IMG/VR virus record: IMGVR_UViG_3300023371_000071
Source of the DNA: a virus
Taxonomy: Duplodnaviria; Heunggongvirae; Uroviricota; Caudoviricetes
DNA: 64,000 nt
Strand: one strand, 5' to 3'
This document shows, one piece after another, positions 40,500 through 51,366 of this stretch. The notes below the pieces were generated by a model. That model did no database searches and was not told the DNA's origin. It saw only the letters and a list, made by a program, of their open reading frames with translations. Within the stretch, counting starts at the first letter, position 1. Each line of letters opens with the position of its first letter. The translations under genes and the position numbers were made by a program.

Positions 40500-42146
40500 T
40501 TAGGCGAATTCTCCCCAGACAAGATCAATAGTAACTGCAGAACCAGAAGCGGTTACAGTTAAGTTATTACTCTTAACGGAGAAGGAGCCTTCTACTTCCT
40601 CACCAGACTGCTGAGCCACGACAGTCTTAACAGTCGCGGTATTGCTTGCAGCGGATGCAGAATAAGCAATACTGCTAAGAGTGTGATTGGCTACAGAATA
40701 AGTACCAGTGGTGATAGCAGTTACATGGCCATACTCATCATAAGTTACGCCACTAATCGCAGCGAAGGTTTGAGTGGTACCAGCAGTAGTAAGATTTGCA
40801 GTACTGGTCTTTGCCTGTACGGTCTTAGTTGGGTGAGCAATAGTTAAAGTAGTACCACTAGCGCTGCCAGTTAAGCCACTACCAACTGCAATAGAACCAA
40901 CATTAGACTCTTCACTTGCAAAGCTCTGAACAAGAGTGAATTCAGAATCAGAAACAGCAGCTGTATACTGATACAAATCATCATTGCCTGCAGGTACGTA
41001 CTTCCACTCAAGAGCAGCAGTAATCTTACCGTCGGTCTCAGTACCAGTTGCAATGAACAAATCACCGACCTTGGCGCCAGCTTGTACCAAAGCACCAGAA
41101 GTATTCTTGATATCGCCAGCGGTACTTACAATGTAAGTATCACCAACTGCAACACCAGAATTAGCAACTGGAAGATTGGTAGTTCCGCCAACCGCGCCAA
41201 TAAATGTCATTGCATTCGCAGTCTTTAGCTGTGCGGTAATTGCAGCATCAACTTCAGTCTTAGTGTAAAGATCAGCAAGAGTTGCAGTACCATTTACAAA
41301 CTGAGCAGTCGCCTTTGCTGCGCCATAACCATACTTAATAATCGGAGTGATACCGGTGCTAGCAACTTCCTCACCATCAGCAAGCTGAATAGTAGTCTTA
41401 AAGGCACCATTATTATCAAAAGCATTGGTAATGCTCTGAGGGGCAACATTCAAATTAATTTGATTTGTGCCAGTTGCAGTAATCGCAACACCGCCACCAT
41501 TATTTAACTTTAAGGTATGGTTGGTAGTGCTTGCAGTTTTTGCAGTACCATCTGCATTATAACCACTCTTGATTTCACCCAAGGTGATAGTAGCCACATT
41601 ACTTGCAACGCTTGCGCCCAAGCTATTGCTGGTAATAGTATCTGCAGAAGTGATGACAATACCATTGCTATCAGCATTAACATTGGTAGTCGCGGTATTA
41701 CCACTTGCAATAATTAAGCTAAATCCATCGGTTACATCTGTGCCATTCTTGTCATACAAAGAAAGCTTAGCCTTAGCCTTCTCGCCATCAGTTACTTCTG
41801 AATATACAGTTTCGCTGCTGGCAATAATATTCTCAAGAACAGGAGCAGCATTAATTTGTACCCATTGAGAATTGTTTTCAGTTGTATTATAGCAACACAA
41901 AATGTTATCCTTGCGGACATAGTAAAGAGCAGTCTTACGCTCCTCAGGTGGATAAGTAGGCAAATCCGCAGTGGTATTTACCATAACAATATCACTTAAA
42001 CGAAGTCTCTTGCCACCCAAGTCAGCATACATAATATGCTCATCGGTCGTAACATACACATTACCATTAGTAATGTCAACCTTACTTAGATTAGTAGATA
42101 AACCACTTAAAAAGCGAAGTTTGTTATCTGTTGCATTAATCGCCAT
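40500..42146 (-). CDS. Fibre-like structural protein (548 aa, Ala/Thr/Ser/Gly-rich), TAG-free
   Basis: Composition and repeats typical of tail fibres or decoration proteins. Confidence 0.5.
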   Translation of the reverse strand: MAINATDNKLRFLSGLSTNLSKVDITNGNVYVTTDEHIMYADLGGKRLRLSDIVMVNTTADLPTYPPEERKTALYYVRKDNILCCYNTTENNSQWVQINAAPVLENIIASSETVYSEVTDGEKAKAKLSLYDKNGTDVTDGFSLIIASGNTATTNVNADSNGIVITSADTITSNSLGASVASNVATITLGEIKSGYNADGTAKTASTTNHTLKLNNGGGVAITATGTNQINLNVAPQSITNAFDNNGAFKTTIQLADGEEVASTGITPIIKYGYGAAKATAQFVNGTATLADLYTKTEVDAAITAQLKTANAMTFIGAVGGTTNLPVANSGVAVGDTYIVSTAGDIKNTSGALVQAGAKVGDLFIATGTETDGKITAALEWKYVPAGNDDLYQYTAAVSDSEFTLVQSFASEESNVGSIAVGSGLTGSASGTTLTIAHPTKTVQAKTSTANLTTAGTTQTFAAISGVTYDEYGHVTAITTGTYSVANHTLSSIAYSASAASNTATVKTVVAQQSGEEVEGSFSVKSNNLTVTASGSAVTIDLVWGEFA

Positions 42147-42165
42147 AAGTTAGTCCCTCCTATTT

Positions 42166-43521
42166 TTAATTATCAGAAATTGCAGACCAAGTCATAGTCA
42201 TGCTAGAAGAACGAGCATCGACATACTCGGTAACAGTAGTATAAGTAACTCCATCAAAAGTAAGATTTCCAATGCGACTATCCATCGGTTGAGCCCAATT
42301 GCCTTGAGCAGTTAATACATACATATTATCTGTATCGGCAACAACACCAGCTGATGGAACAGGCACTAAACCAGCTAAGCCTTGACTCTTAGTAAAATCA
42401 TAAAGTAAAGCTTTACCGTCAGACTCAGGAACATCTGTACCATTAATACGAACACCATTAATATAATCTAATCCGCCAATTTGATTTTGTAGATTTTCTA
42501 AGGAGCCAAGAATGCCTGAGGCAATAATTGGATTGCCTTCTGCATCAGTACCGGAAGCAGTTCCGATAATTGAGGCTAAACCATCTACATCAGTACGTAA
42601 CGTACCAATATTAGTTTGTGCAATTTTAACAGAACTTTCTAATGTGCCAGTACGAGACTCTAAATTGGCAATAGATGTATTTAATGTCCCAACAGTTGTT
42701 TTTAAACCAGAAACATCTGTCTCAAGTGTTCCTATACGAGTTTCAAAACTAGAAAGATCAACTGGGCTACCCAACTCTTCCCATTTTTGTCCATCGTAGA
42801 TATATTCTGTTGAAGTTTCTTTTACGATATAAATATCGCCAGATTCTGCTGTTTCTGGAAGATCATCTTCTGTTTCAACAGAACCGCGATAATGAGTTGC
42901 TCCAGCGAATTCCGCTTGAGCCTCTTCCTTAGTATAATAATTATTGGTTAGATTGGATTTAACACCTGCGACCTCAGTTTGCAATGCAGTAATTGCGGTT
43001 TGAAGTCCATCTACAGTAGTTGGATTTGGTTCATACCAACCTAAAACGAAAGTTGTACCATCTTCATCAAGAGTAACCTGAGGAATTAATCCTGCTTTCC
43101 AAGGGTACTCATCATTAACTTCTTGAAGCACGTAAGCGGCAGGAACTTCTGCCCCAGACTCATCTTCATGAGCAGCAACATAACGATAATACTTAGATCC
43201 AAAATCTCGTAAAGTCAAAAGACCCTGATCATCAAGAACAATAGTATTTTCGTCTACATTAACTGCGTCTCCACCTGCTCCAGAACCAACTTCAAGTAAA
43301 GTGCCAGCAGTATCGGAAATTACATATACCGTAGAGGTGTTATCTGTTTCATTAACATAAGTAACAATTTGACCAACATAAGCAACTGTGCTTGTGCTTG
43401 CATATGTTACAAGAGCGTCATAATCATACCAAATAGAAGTGGAATCTAATGGAATAGGGTTACCACGCTTGATATTAATCGGAAGAGGCATAAATCCGCC
43501 GTCTTTTTTAATTACAGCCAT
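42166..43521 (-). CDS. Fibre-like protein with heptad-like 'GTLxTxVxGL' repeats (451 aa), TAG-free
   Basis: 'TRIGTLETDVSGLKTTVGTLNTSIANLESRTGTLESSVKIAQTNIGTLRTDVDGL' is a coiled-coil/fibritin-like repeat. Confidence 0.5.
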   Translation of the reverse strand: MAVIKKDGGFMPLPINIKRGNPIPLDSTSIWYDYDALVTYASTSTVAYVGQIVTYVNETDNTSTVYVISDTAGTLLEVGSGAGGDAVNVDENTIVLDDQGLLTLRDFGSKYYRYVAAHEDESGAEVPAAYVLQEVNDEYPWKAGLIPQVTLDEDGTTFVLGWYEPNPTTVDGLQTAITALQTEVAGVKSNLTNNYYTKEEAQAEFAGATHYRGSVETEDDLPETAESGDIYIVKETSTEYIYDGQKWEELGSPVDLSSFETRIGTLETDVSGLKTTVGTLNTSIANLESRTGTLESSVKIAQTNIGTLRTDVDGLASIIGTASGTDAEGNPIIASGILGSLENLQNQIGGLDYINGVRINGTDVPESDGKALLYDFTKSQGLAGLVPVPSAGVVADTDNMYVLTAQGNWAQPMDSRIGNLTFDGVTYTTVTEYVDARSSSMTMTWSAISDN

Positions 43522-43535
43522 TTCTTTTCTCCTCC

Positions 43536-44753
43536 TTATCCTAAAGTAATTACGTAGTTTTCAGTTGGATCGAGAGCTGCTGGCTCATATACCCAAACTT
43601 TATAGTCTACTGCCTGGTAACCGCTCTTGCCTTCAACTTGTACGTAATCCTCTTGAAGTTTGAACTCAGAAGTAATATCTGCGTTCTGACTGACAGGCAT
43701 AGTAACTTTCTTAACACCAATAGAGCTTGTCGCAGGAATTGCAACAACTACCTTCGCGGCATTCGCCACTGAACTTGCCTCATATTGAGGCAATGTTTTT
43801 GCGGAAACTGCTGCATTACTATTTGTTAATTTTCTAATATTGGCAGAATTTAAGGCTGTACCTGCAGTCATTGCACCATAGAAAAATTGACGATAGCCAT
43901 AAAGCTTACCGCTCTTAGCTGTTGCAGTTCCTTCTTTAATGCGATAGCCTGCAACTGCATTACCCAAATTATTAACAGGAATGTCACCTTGAGTATATTC
44001 TGCAGTAGCATTAATGTAATAAGCAGTATCATCAGTTACAGTCAAAGCTGGGAATGTACCAGTAGTTGCTGTCTGAGCAGTATTGCCAATGGTATCAGTG
44101 ACAGAATAAGTTGCAGTGACACCAGTTGGACTAGGACCATATTCATAAGAGCCTGGATTAAAAGTCAAAGTATAGCTTGGGGTCACAGTACTGCCAACTT
44201 CATAGGCTTTGTTTTGTGCTGCGGCGATACTTAAACCTGGCTGAGTAACATCAGGATTTTCTGGTTGAGAGAACAACATTTCAAAAACTTCTTTAACATT
44301 TTTGCCTTGTGTTTGTACAACCTCAGAACCAGAAGCACCAATCTCAACATATCCTACGTCAGTAGTAAATGTTAAATTCTGGTCAAAATAAACGTTTTCA
44401 GCGTTATAATTGCCATCCATGGCTTTCCAGTGAATGCCGTCATAAACATAAGCTGTATGACTATAAGAATCACCAAAAAGTAATTCCTTAATTACACATA
44501 CATCATTTTTAATGAGTGTGGCACCAGCAGTAACTCTTGCAATTGCTTCTTCCTTAGACTCAGTAAACACGCCATTTTCTTGAAGGCGTACGCCTTCATA
44601 AAAATTAGCTTGAGCTAAATTTTTTTCTCCTCGAAGCAATTCTCCGGTATCTGTTAAGAAGTATAATGCATTACTTTGTTTAGAAGCTAAAGCATTATAT
44701 TCTGCTCGCGTACCAAATTTAAAGAGTACGGGACTATTAGTTGCCATAAGCAA
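43536..44753 (-). CDS. Hypothetical virion structural protein (405 aa), TAG-free
   Basis: Continuous ORF in the structural block. No recognizable motif. Confidence 0.45.
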   Translation of the reverse strand: MLMATNSPVLFKFGTRAEYNALASKQSNALYFLTDTGELLRGEKNLAQANFYEGVRLQENGVFTESKEEAIARVTAGATLIKNDVCVIKELLFGDSYSHTAYVYDGIHWKAMDGNYNAENVYFDQNLTFTTDVGYVEIGASGSEVVQTQGKNVKEVFEMLFSQPENPDVTQPGLSIAAAQNKAYEVGSTVTPSYTLTFNPGSYEYGPSPTGVTATYSVTDTIGNTAQTATTGTFPALTVTDDTAYYINATAEYTQGDIPVNNLGNAVAGYRIKEGTATAKSGKLYGYRQFFYGAMTAGTALNSANIRKLTNSNAAVSAKTLPQYEASSVANAAKVVVAIPATSSIGVKKVTMPVSQNADITSEFKLQEDYVQVEGKSGYQAVDYKVWVYEPAALDPTENYVITLG

Positions 44754-44843
44754 TTTACCCCCTTCTTTATTATAAATAAAATGTTGAGCTACGCTCTTTT
44801 TTCTATCAAATTATGACTAATTCAATTATCTAATACAACCCAT

Positions 44844-45233
44844 TTATGCAGCTGTATCATAAGTATAATCAATGAATAGATAAAGAGGATCGTCATTATC
44901 TAAAATGCGGTTTGCATTTAGAAAATTCTAAATTGAGTTAGCATCAAAGCGTAAGCTATAAATAGGTACTTGCATTACATTAGTGGTATCAAAAGACCAC
45001 TTGCCTCGAGTATCTTCTTTATATAGACCATTCACGCGCGTGCTTAATGGAGTAGGAGTGTCATTTAAATAAAATTTAATTCCAAATACTCCTCCAGAGA
45101 TAGTTAAAGCTGAAATACGAATGGAACTATCAAACATAGAACCACTAATTAACATTTCTGCAGTTAAATTGGCAGGATAATTACGACTATCTCCATCTTT
45201 AACATATCGCATTTGTTTTGTTTTTGTTGCCAT
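44844..45233 (-). CDS. Hypothetical protein (about 129 aa), one in-frame TAG
   Basis: ATG with AAGGAGGG ribosome-binding site. TAG at 44928. TAA at 44844. Confidence 0.4.
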
Positions 45234-45244
45234 AATATCCCTCC

Positions 45245-47944
45245 TTAGAAGATTCTATCTTCTGCTTTCGTAGCAGTGATATTCATAGTTCCATCATGAG
45301 AGAAAGAATAACTAAAAGATTTTACAAAATATTCTCCTCGAATTCCAGTTATATCATCTGAAACAGATATGCGCACATTTGGTTCAAAATAATAAACTGG
45401 CAAAGAATTTAAAGTAATAGTTTCTTGATAATAAGTATATTGATATACCATATTATCTAAAACTTCTTTAGCACTTTTTCCCTAGCCACTTAAAGTAAAA
45501 TAATTAAGTAATCCACCCACCAAATTTAATTTTACATAATTCAATGTAGATTCAGTTGGTTGAGTGTCTGTAGGATCAATAAACAATATTTCAGGAGTAT
45601 CTCTAAAAAATATCGCTTTTACATCGTTATCATTAACAACTTTCGGCCGTCTACCGATTTTATCCATACGGTATTTCTCTAATTCGCTACCCTCGCCAAT
45701 AAAATCAATCCAAAACAACAATTTACCTGGATCTTTAAAATATAAAGTATGTGGTAAATTATGTCCTTCACTATCAAGTTCAGCCTAACAGTAAATAATA
45801 TCGGGATGCCAATATTTATTCTCAAACCACTCATTATGTCGTTTAATACGATCTTCTTTTTCTGAATCAGTTAAAGAATTATCTTTTTCAATTTCACTAA
45901 TTGAACGATTATCATATACCAATCGCCAAAAGGCTAACATATCAGCATAACAATAATCATAACCAGTATTCCAAGTATTTTGCCATTTATCAATTAATTC
46001 AATATGAGTACTACTCATAAATAAATCAGCATCGCTACCATCAGCAGCCGGAATTCCAAAAATCATTGAGCCTTTTTCTTGTAAATATTCAATAGACTTT
46101 CCAGTGTTTTTGTCTGTCATTTCTAAAACTGGATGTTTCCAAGATTTTTCATCAGCATCATAATAATAACATTTTGCGGGAACATTTAATTTAGCACCTG
46201 TTTTATATGGATAATATCCTTTATTCATGGCTAACGTTAATTGTTCTATATATGCAGAAGCTCTTGAATTATCATAGGCCATACGGTATAAAATTTCTCG
46301 CCAGTCCACAATCTAAAAATTATTAGTATCCCACTGTAAAGCATCTAAATTCACAGTAACTATAACTGTTTGATTAATATATTCAGGCTTTTCTGGGATA
46401 GTAATACCAAAATAATCAGAATATCGGCTACGACCATCAGCCAAGAAATATTGCCATTTATTAGAATAAGTTCCATCTCCATTGTCGACATATACCCAAT
46501 GAAAAGAATAATAACCATTCAACTCAGTTGTGCCAAGAGTTTCTGTCATTGCAGATAAGAAATTCTCTTCATTAACAATAACATCATGACAATTAAGACC
46601 GTTATTGCGACCTGGCTCAAAATAAATCTTTTTCCCAATTTCGCCAAAACGCCAATTATCTTCTGTATAATAAGTGATACCATTAAATAAACAGAAATAT
46701 TCTTGCGGTTTATTATCAATAGCATAACGTAAATGTATTGGTGCATCAGTTGAAGTTGTGCCCCATACAACAAAATCATTACGAATATTACTTAATAAAG
46801 GCTTATTTGCAAATGAGTTAATCAAAAAACCATTAATAAATTCATATTGAGTCTAAGTACTATTTAAACTATCATAATAAGTACTTTCACCTTCATTTGT
46901 AATTGCACCATGCCAAGCAATATTATGATAAATACGCTTTCTTTGAAAAACAAATCTACCCCAAATATCATAGAAATATTCAAATTCACCAAGCATATTT
47001 ACAATAGCATCAAGAGCTTGTGTGACTGGACTACCAGCATTTACAATTAATTCACCTGGATAAGTAAGTTCTGTTTCACGATATCCTGCAGTATCACCAT
47101 ATTCTACAAATTTAATAATACGATAATAAATTCCATTTAGTTCAAATGGCTCATAAGGAATATAGTAATCAGGATCATCTTCTGTAGCGCCTTCTTTTTT
47201 GGGTGCAGCTTGAATAAAATCATTAGCCAAAGCAGATCCTTCAAATACCATTTGACTAGTATAAAACTTAAAATCAGATGATGTAGAAATATCATAAATA
47301 AATAAGCCTTTATCAGCTACTTTATAATCTAATAATTCTACTGCGCAATCATCTAAATCTGCAATTATAATATTTTCGTAAGATTCAAGAGCATAAGTGT
47401 GTACGGCGTCTCTGACAATTTCTTTGATAGCAATTTCTTTGCGGTAAGTGGTGCCATCACCATTAATAATTTCAATATCACTAAAGCTGTGATCGGCAAA
47501 TAAACTTCCTCCAATTGAACCATCTAACATGCACATTTTATCTTTTCCCTAAATAGAAATTGATAATCCAGATGTATTGGAGGTCTAAGAGAAAGAAGTA
47601 ATAATAAATACTCCCTGTTGAAACCAAATAATTTCATCATGAATTGTATCAATGTAGTTTCGTAATCCAATTAAAACCGCAAATTTAGTATGTAATCCCC
47701 AATAAATTTCATTTAATTCTGAATTGGTATTATCTGTTGTAATATTGAGGCTGCAAGTGCGGCGGGTGGCTGAAGAGCCATCCACAGAAATATTGCCAGA
47801 TACAATATTACCGGTAATTTCTGCGATGGCTCGTTCATCCCAGTCTAATGAAATTAATTTAGCAAATACTTCACGTTGAGTATAATTATCTAACTGCTTT
47901 AAAAAGACATTATCTAAAGAAGCTTGAGAAGTACCAATAAACAT
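45245..47944 (-). CDS. Tail/baseplate protein (about 900 aa), with 6 in-frame TAGs
   Basis: ORFs 47585-47944, 46853-47536, 46313-46825, 45785-46309, 45482-45721 and 45245-45451 share one frame and are linked by TAGs at 47585, 47549, 46853, 46313, 45785 and 45482. GGAGGT ribosome-binding site. The start overlaps the upstream stop as TAATG. Confidence 0.6.
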
Positions 47945-50900
47945 TATCTAACTACCTCCACTTCTTTTTCTTCCTCTTCAAGGACTTGTCGTAAATAATT
48001 ATTCAAACGGTCACGATTAACAAGCCAATTTAACCGCAATGTTTCAACATCATTCTCAGAAATAATTTGTGGATAAGCCTAAACATAAATTCTATATCCA
48101 CCTTGATAATAGTTTTCCACTTGAATTGCATTAATTTCAATCATTTGTCGATTATTAAATATATAGAAGAAATTATAATTCTCAATATCACCCAATGGTT
48201 TATTAATGTTTTCTGGGTCTGCTATTACAGTAAAATTAAAGCGAGCTGCCAAATAATCTTCATAAGCTCGTAACTCAAGCTTTGTTAAATTATCTTTATC
48301 ACCATATTGTTCTTCTAATGTATAAGTTCTAGTTTCAGCTTTGCAATAAACATATACCTAAATACCAGATTGAACTCTTAAATCTAAATCTCCATGAACA
48401 TTCAATGGTAAATTATAGAAATAATGAGCTAAACCATTATCCTCATTATTATCTGTAAATAATGCTTCTGCATCAAAAGCTGTTGAACCAAACAGTACAT
48501 AAGTACCATATTCAATCTCTTCAAAATCCGCGTCTGTAACAGCTGGATATTGTCCTGTTGTAGGATCCACAATACCATGTGCAGGATTTGGAATATATCT
48601 CCAATAAGTATTATCACTTTTACGCAATAAAATACTATTACCATATTGTAATGCTGCAGGCCAATTACCATAATTTAAATCATTATTCCAAACATAAGAT
48701 AATTTCTTTACGCCACATTCGTAAATTGGAATTGAGCGATATTGAATATATACAATACTTGGAATAGTTGCTTTTAAGCCATTCCAGCCTTCAAATAGAT
48801 TTCGACTAAAAACACCAGATTTAGTTTCATAAATTTTTTCTTTTGTAATAGGATCTAAGGCGTATGAACCATCTGCCTCTAACTTATATTCATCAATATC
48901 ATAAGTATATAGTTCTTGTTTTTCAGTTAGACCATATAATCCATATCCTACATAAGTCTGAGCATGAATATCTTGAATGGCTTCAAGATTATCTTCGTCT
49001 ATATTTTCAACTGTTAAAATTAAATATCCTTTTACCAAACTTAAAATATCTGGAGGATTAATATATCGTAATGGCGCGGTTGAATAAGTATCTAGTTCTA
49101 ATTCATAAGTGCCAGTTTTATTAATGGCAAAATTATATTCTCCCCACTCAAAGCTCATACCATATGTGCTTGCTTTATTTATTGTATTTGTAGGATCTAA
49201 ATCATAAATAAATTCAATCTTGCGACATCCAGCACCTTCTGTTAAATCATATTCAGAAAATTCTTTTGAATTTTTCATTACTCTTGCAAGATCGCTTAAA
49301 GAAATTGTTTTTTTCATATCAATATGAACGATTTCGTCTTGAGCATTTAATAAAGAATAATTCGCAAGTGTACTAATATTAAATTTATCTACCTCTGATG
49401 CAGTACAAGAAAAGCTATGTAACATTCTACTTATGGTATCATTAGGAGTCAGACTAACGTTGGTTAATCGAACAATATAACTACCTTCTTGTGGAGATTT
49501 AAATAATTTAATCTTACCATTATTTAGCCATTCTAAAACGGCTAACTTAAATTTCCGCTCATAAGTGAAATTTTCGTCTGTAAGGGCAGTACCAGGTTCA
49601 ATGAATGCACTGCGGATAAGAGTCTTATCTTCTTTAGTTCCAAACCATTCAAGGTCATCGCCAGTAAGAATCCAACTTTTATCAAGATCAGTTTTTTTCA
49701 TAAATAATTGATCATTATCCATATGATATGAAATTAAACCATTAATTGGAAACTCTTTATAATTTAAAATACCATTTCGTAAAATAAAAGGATATTGTCT
49801 ACCAAGCGTAGTTTTTTTAGTTTCAGATAAAACTGACTTAAAAGAAGAAATTTTTGGATTAAAACGAATACGCAATTGTTTGTCACCATCATACAGAAAA
49901 GCATCTTCAAATACTGGAATTGTTAAATTAGCAGTAGATACTCTCTTAGAATAAATATTGCGTGAATTTACTTTTTGCAAAGAATACATATACTTTGCAC
50001 CAGATTCAATAGCATAATCAATATACTGATAACTACGAGTTTTTGATAATGCCATATTAATAGGAAGTTCTGCAATCGTTTCCCAAAGTCGATTTTCGCT
50101 CTAAAAGTCTTGTCTACAAATAACAAAATTACCAATTAGAGGATATTCTTCTATTTTATTTTCTATTAAATATTTTGATTCAGGATAAATATGTAGAATT
50201 ACACGAGCATTTTCATTATCTACCTCTGTAGCTAAATATACATTTAATGTACTAATAGTGACTGTGGTTTGGGTAATTTCATAATTAACAGTATTTACTA
50301 CTAATCCATTATTAGTAATAATGCTGTACTATACTCGATAAATTTCGCCTTCTGTTAAATTAAATGTTAAAATACATTCATCTGAAGAAGCATCTAAATC
50401 GGTATCAGTTTGAGTATTATGAATTAACCATCCAGTATTTTGTAATTCTGCACCTTCACTATTAGAAAAAATAAAACGATATTGATATACTTTTTCTGAT
50501 TCATCCTCATTCTGATAAGTGCCAATAAAAGATGTGTGTGAAATTGCAGTAATTGATTGCATATTTAAACCAGCAATTTCTACGATTGGCTTTGATGTAT
50601 ATTTTACAATAGCAACAGTAGAATAATATCCATCATTACCTGCTTGATCAACATATGCTAATTGAACTTTATAAAAATTACCTACAACAAGTTTTGCCAC
50701 AATGTCCTCTGTCAAGTCATAAATTACAGAACGATTTTGGGCGTCATCTCCATATTTTTGAGAGAAAAGATTTGCAATAACAATATCTGTAGATGTTGTT
50801 TTTAAGCGAAGTCGCATTCCCTTAACTGCGGCGTTACTTACTGTAACATTCATAGAAAAAGGGACCTCTAATGAGGTCCCCGTGTTCGTAGTATAAAATG

Positions 50901-50952
50901 AGGGAATGGTGCCCGCTATATTTGGTGGATATAAGCGGTTAATTGCGGCCAT
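47944..50952 (-). CDS. Tail/baseplate protein (about 1000 aa), with 5 in-frame TAGs
   Basis: ORFs 50329-50952 and 48358-50055 share a frame via TAGs at 50329 and 50101. The frame continues through TAGs at 48358, 48079 and 47947 to a TAA at 47944-46. GAGGAGGAG ribosome-binding site. Confidence 0.55.
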
Positions 50953-50954
50953 TC

Positions 50955-51341
50955 TTACTCCTCCTCAATAAGCATTTCCAAAGCAAGTAATTGTTTGGGG
51001 GTAAATTCCATATTTTCAATAAGTGCAAGAGGAATCTTACGAAGCTCAAGATCTGCAGTAAAATCATTTAGATCTTGACGAGCTTTACGACATTCTTCTT
51101 CCTTGCCTTCTTGAATAGCAAAAACGCCAGGAGCATTCTGAACAAATTCTTGCTTTTCAGCATCAAACTTCAAATATTCAAGAGCAAACTTGCGCTCTTG
51201 GTCAATATAAAACTCTTCTTCTTTCTTAAGCGCAGTAAGATTCTTTGCAATAATCATACCAAGCTTAAAAGGAACTTTAGAATCTTGAAGTTCTTCAAGA
51301 CCTCGCATAAGAGTATCAATTTGAGTATAATTAAGTGTCAT
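50955..51341 (-). CDS. Hypothetical protein (128 aa)
   Basis: AAAGGAGAAAAAGG ribosome-binding site. TAA stop. Confidence 0.45.
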   Translation of the reverse strand: MTLNYTQIDTLMRGLEELQDSKVPFKLGMIIAKNLTALKKEEEFYIDQERKFALEYLKFDAEKQEFVQNAPGVFAIQEGKEEECRKARQDLNDFTADLELRKIPLALIENMEFTPKQLLALEMLIEEE

Positions 51342-51366
51342 AATCCTTTTTCTCCTTTATATATGA

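Noticed and set aside
48286-48288. Apparent stop for the 1000-aa gene at 48286
   Set aside because: - On re-indexing, the codon is TTA (Leu) in the minus-strand frame.
- The frame continues to the TAA at 47944-46, which overlaps the next ATG as TAATG.
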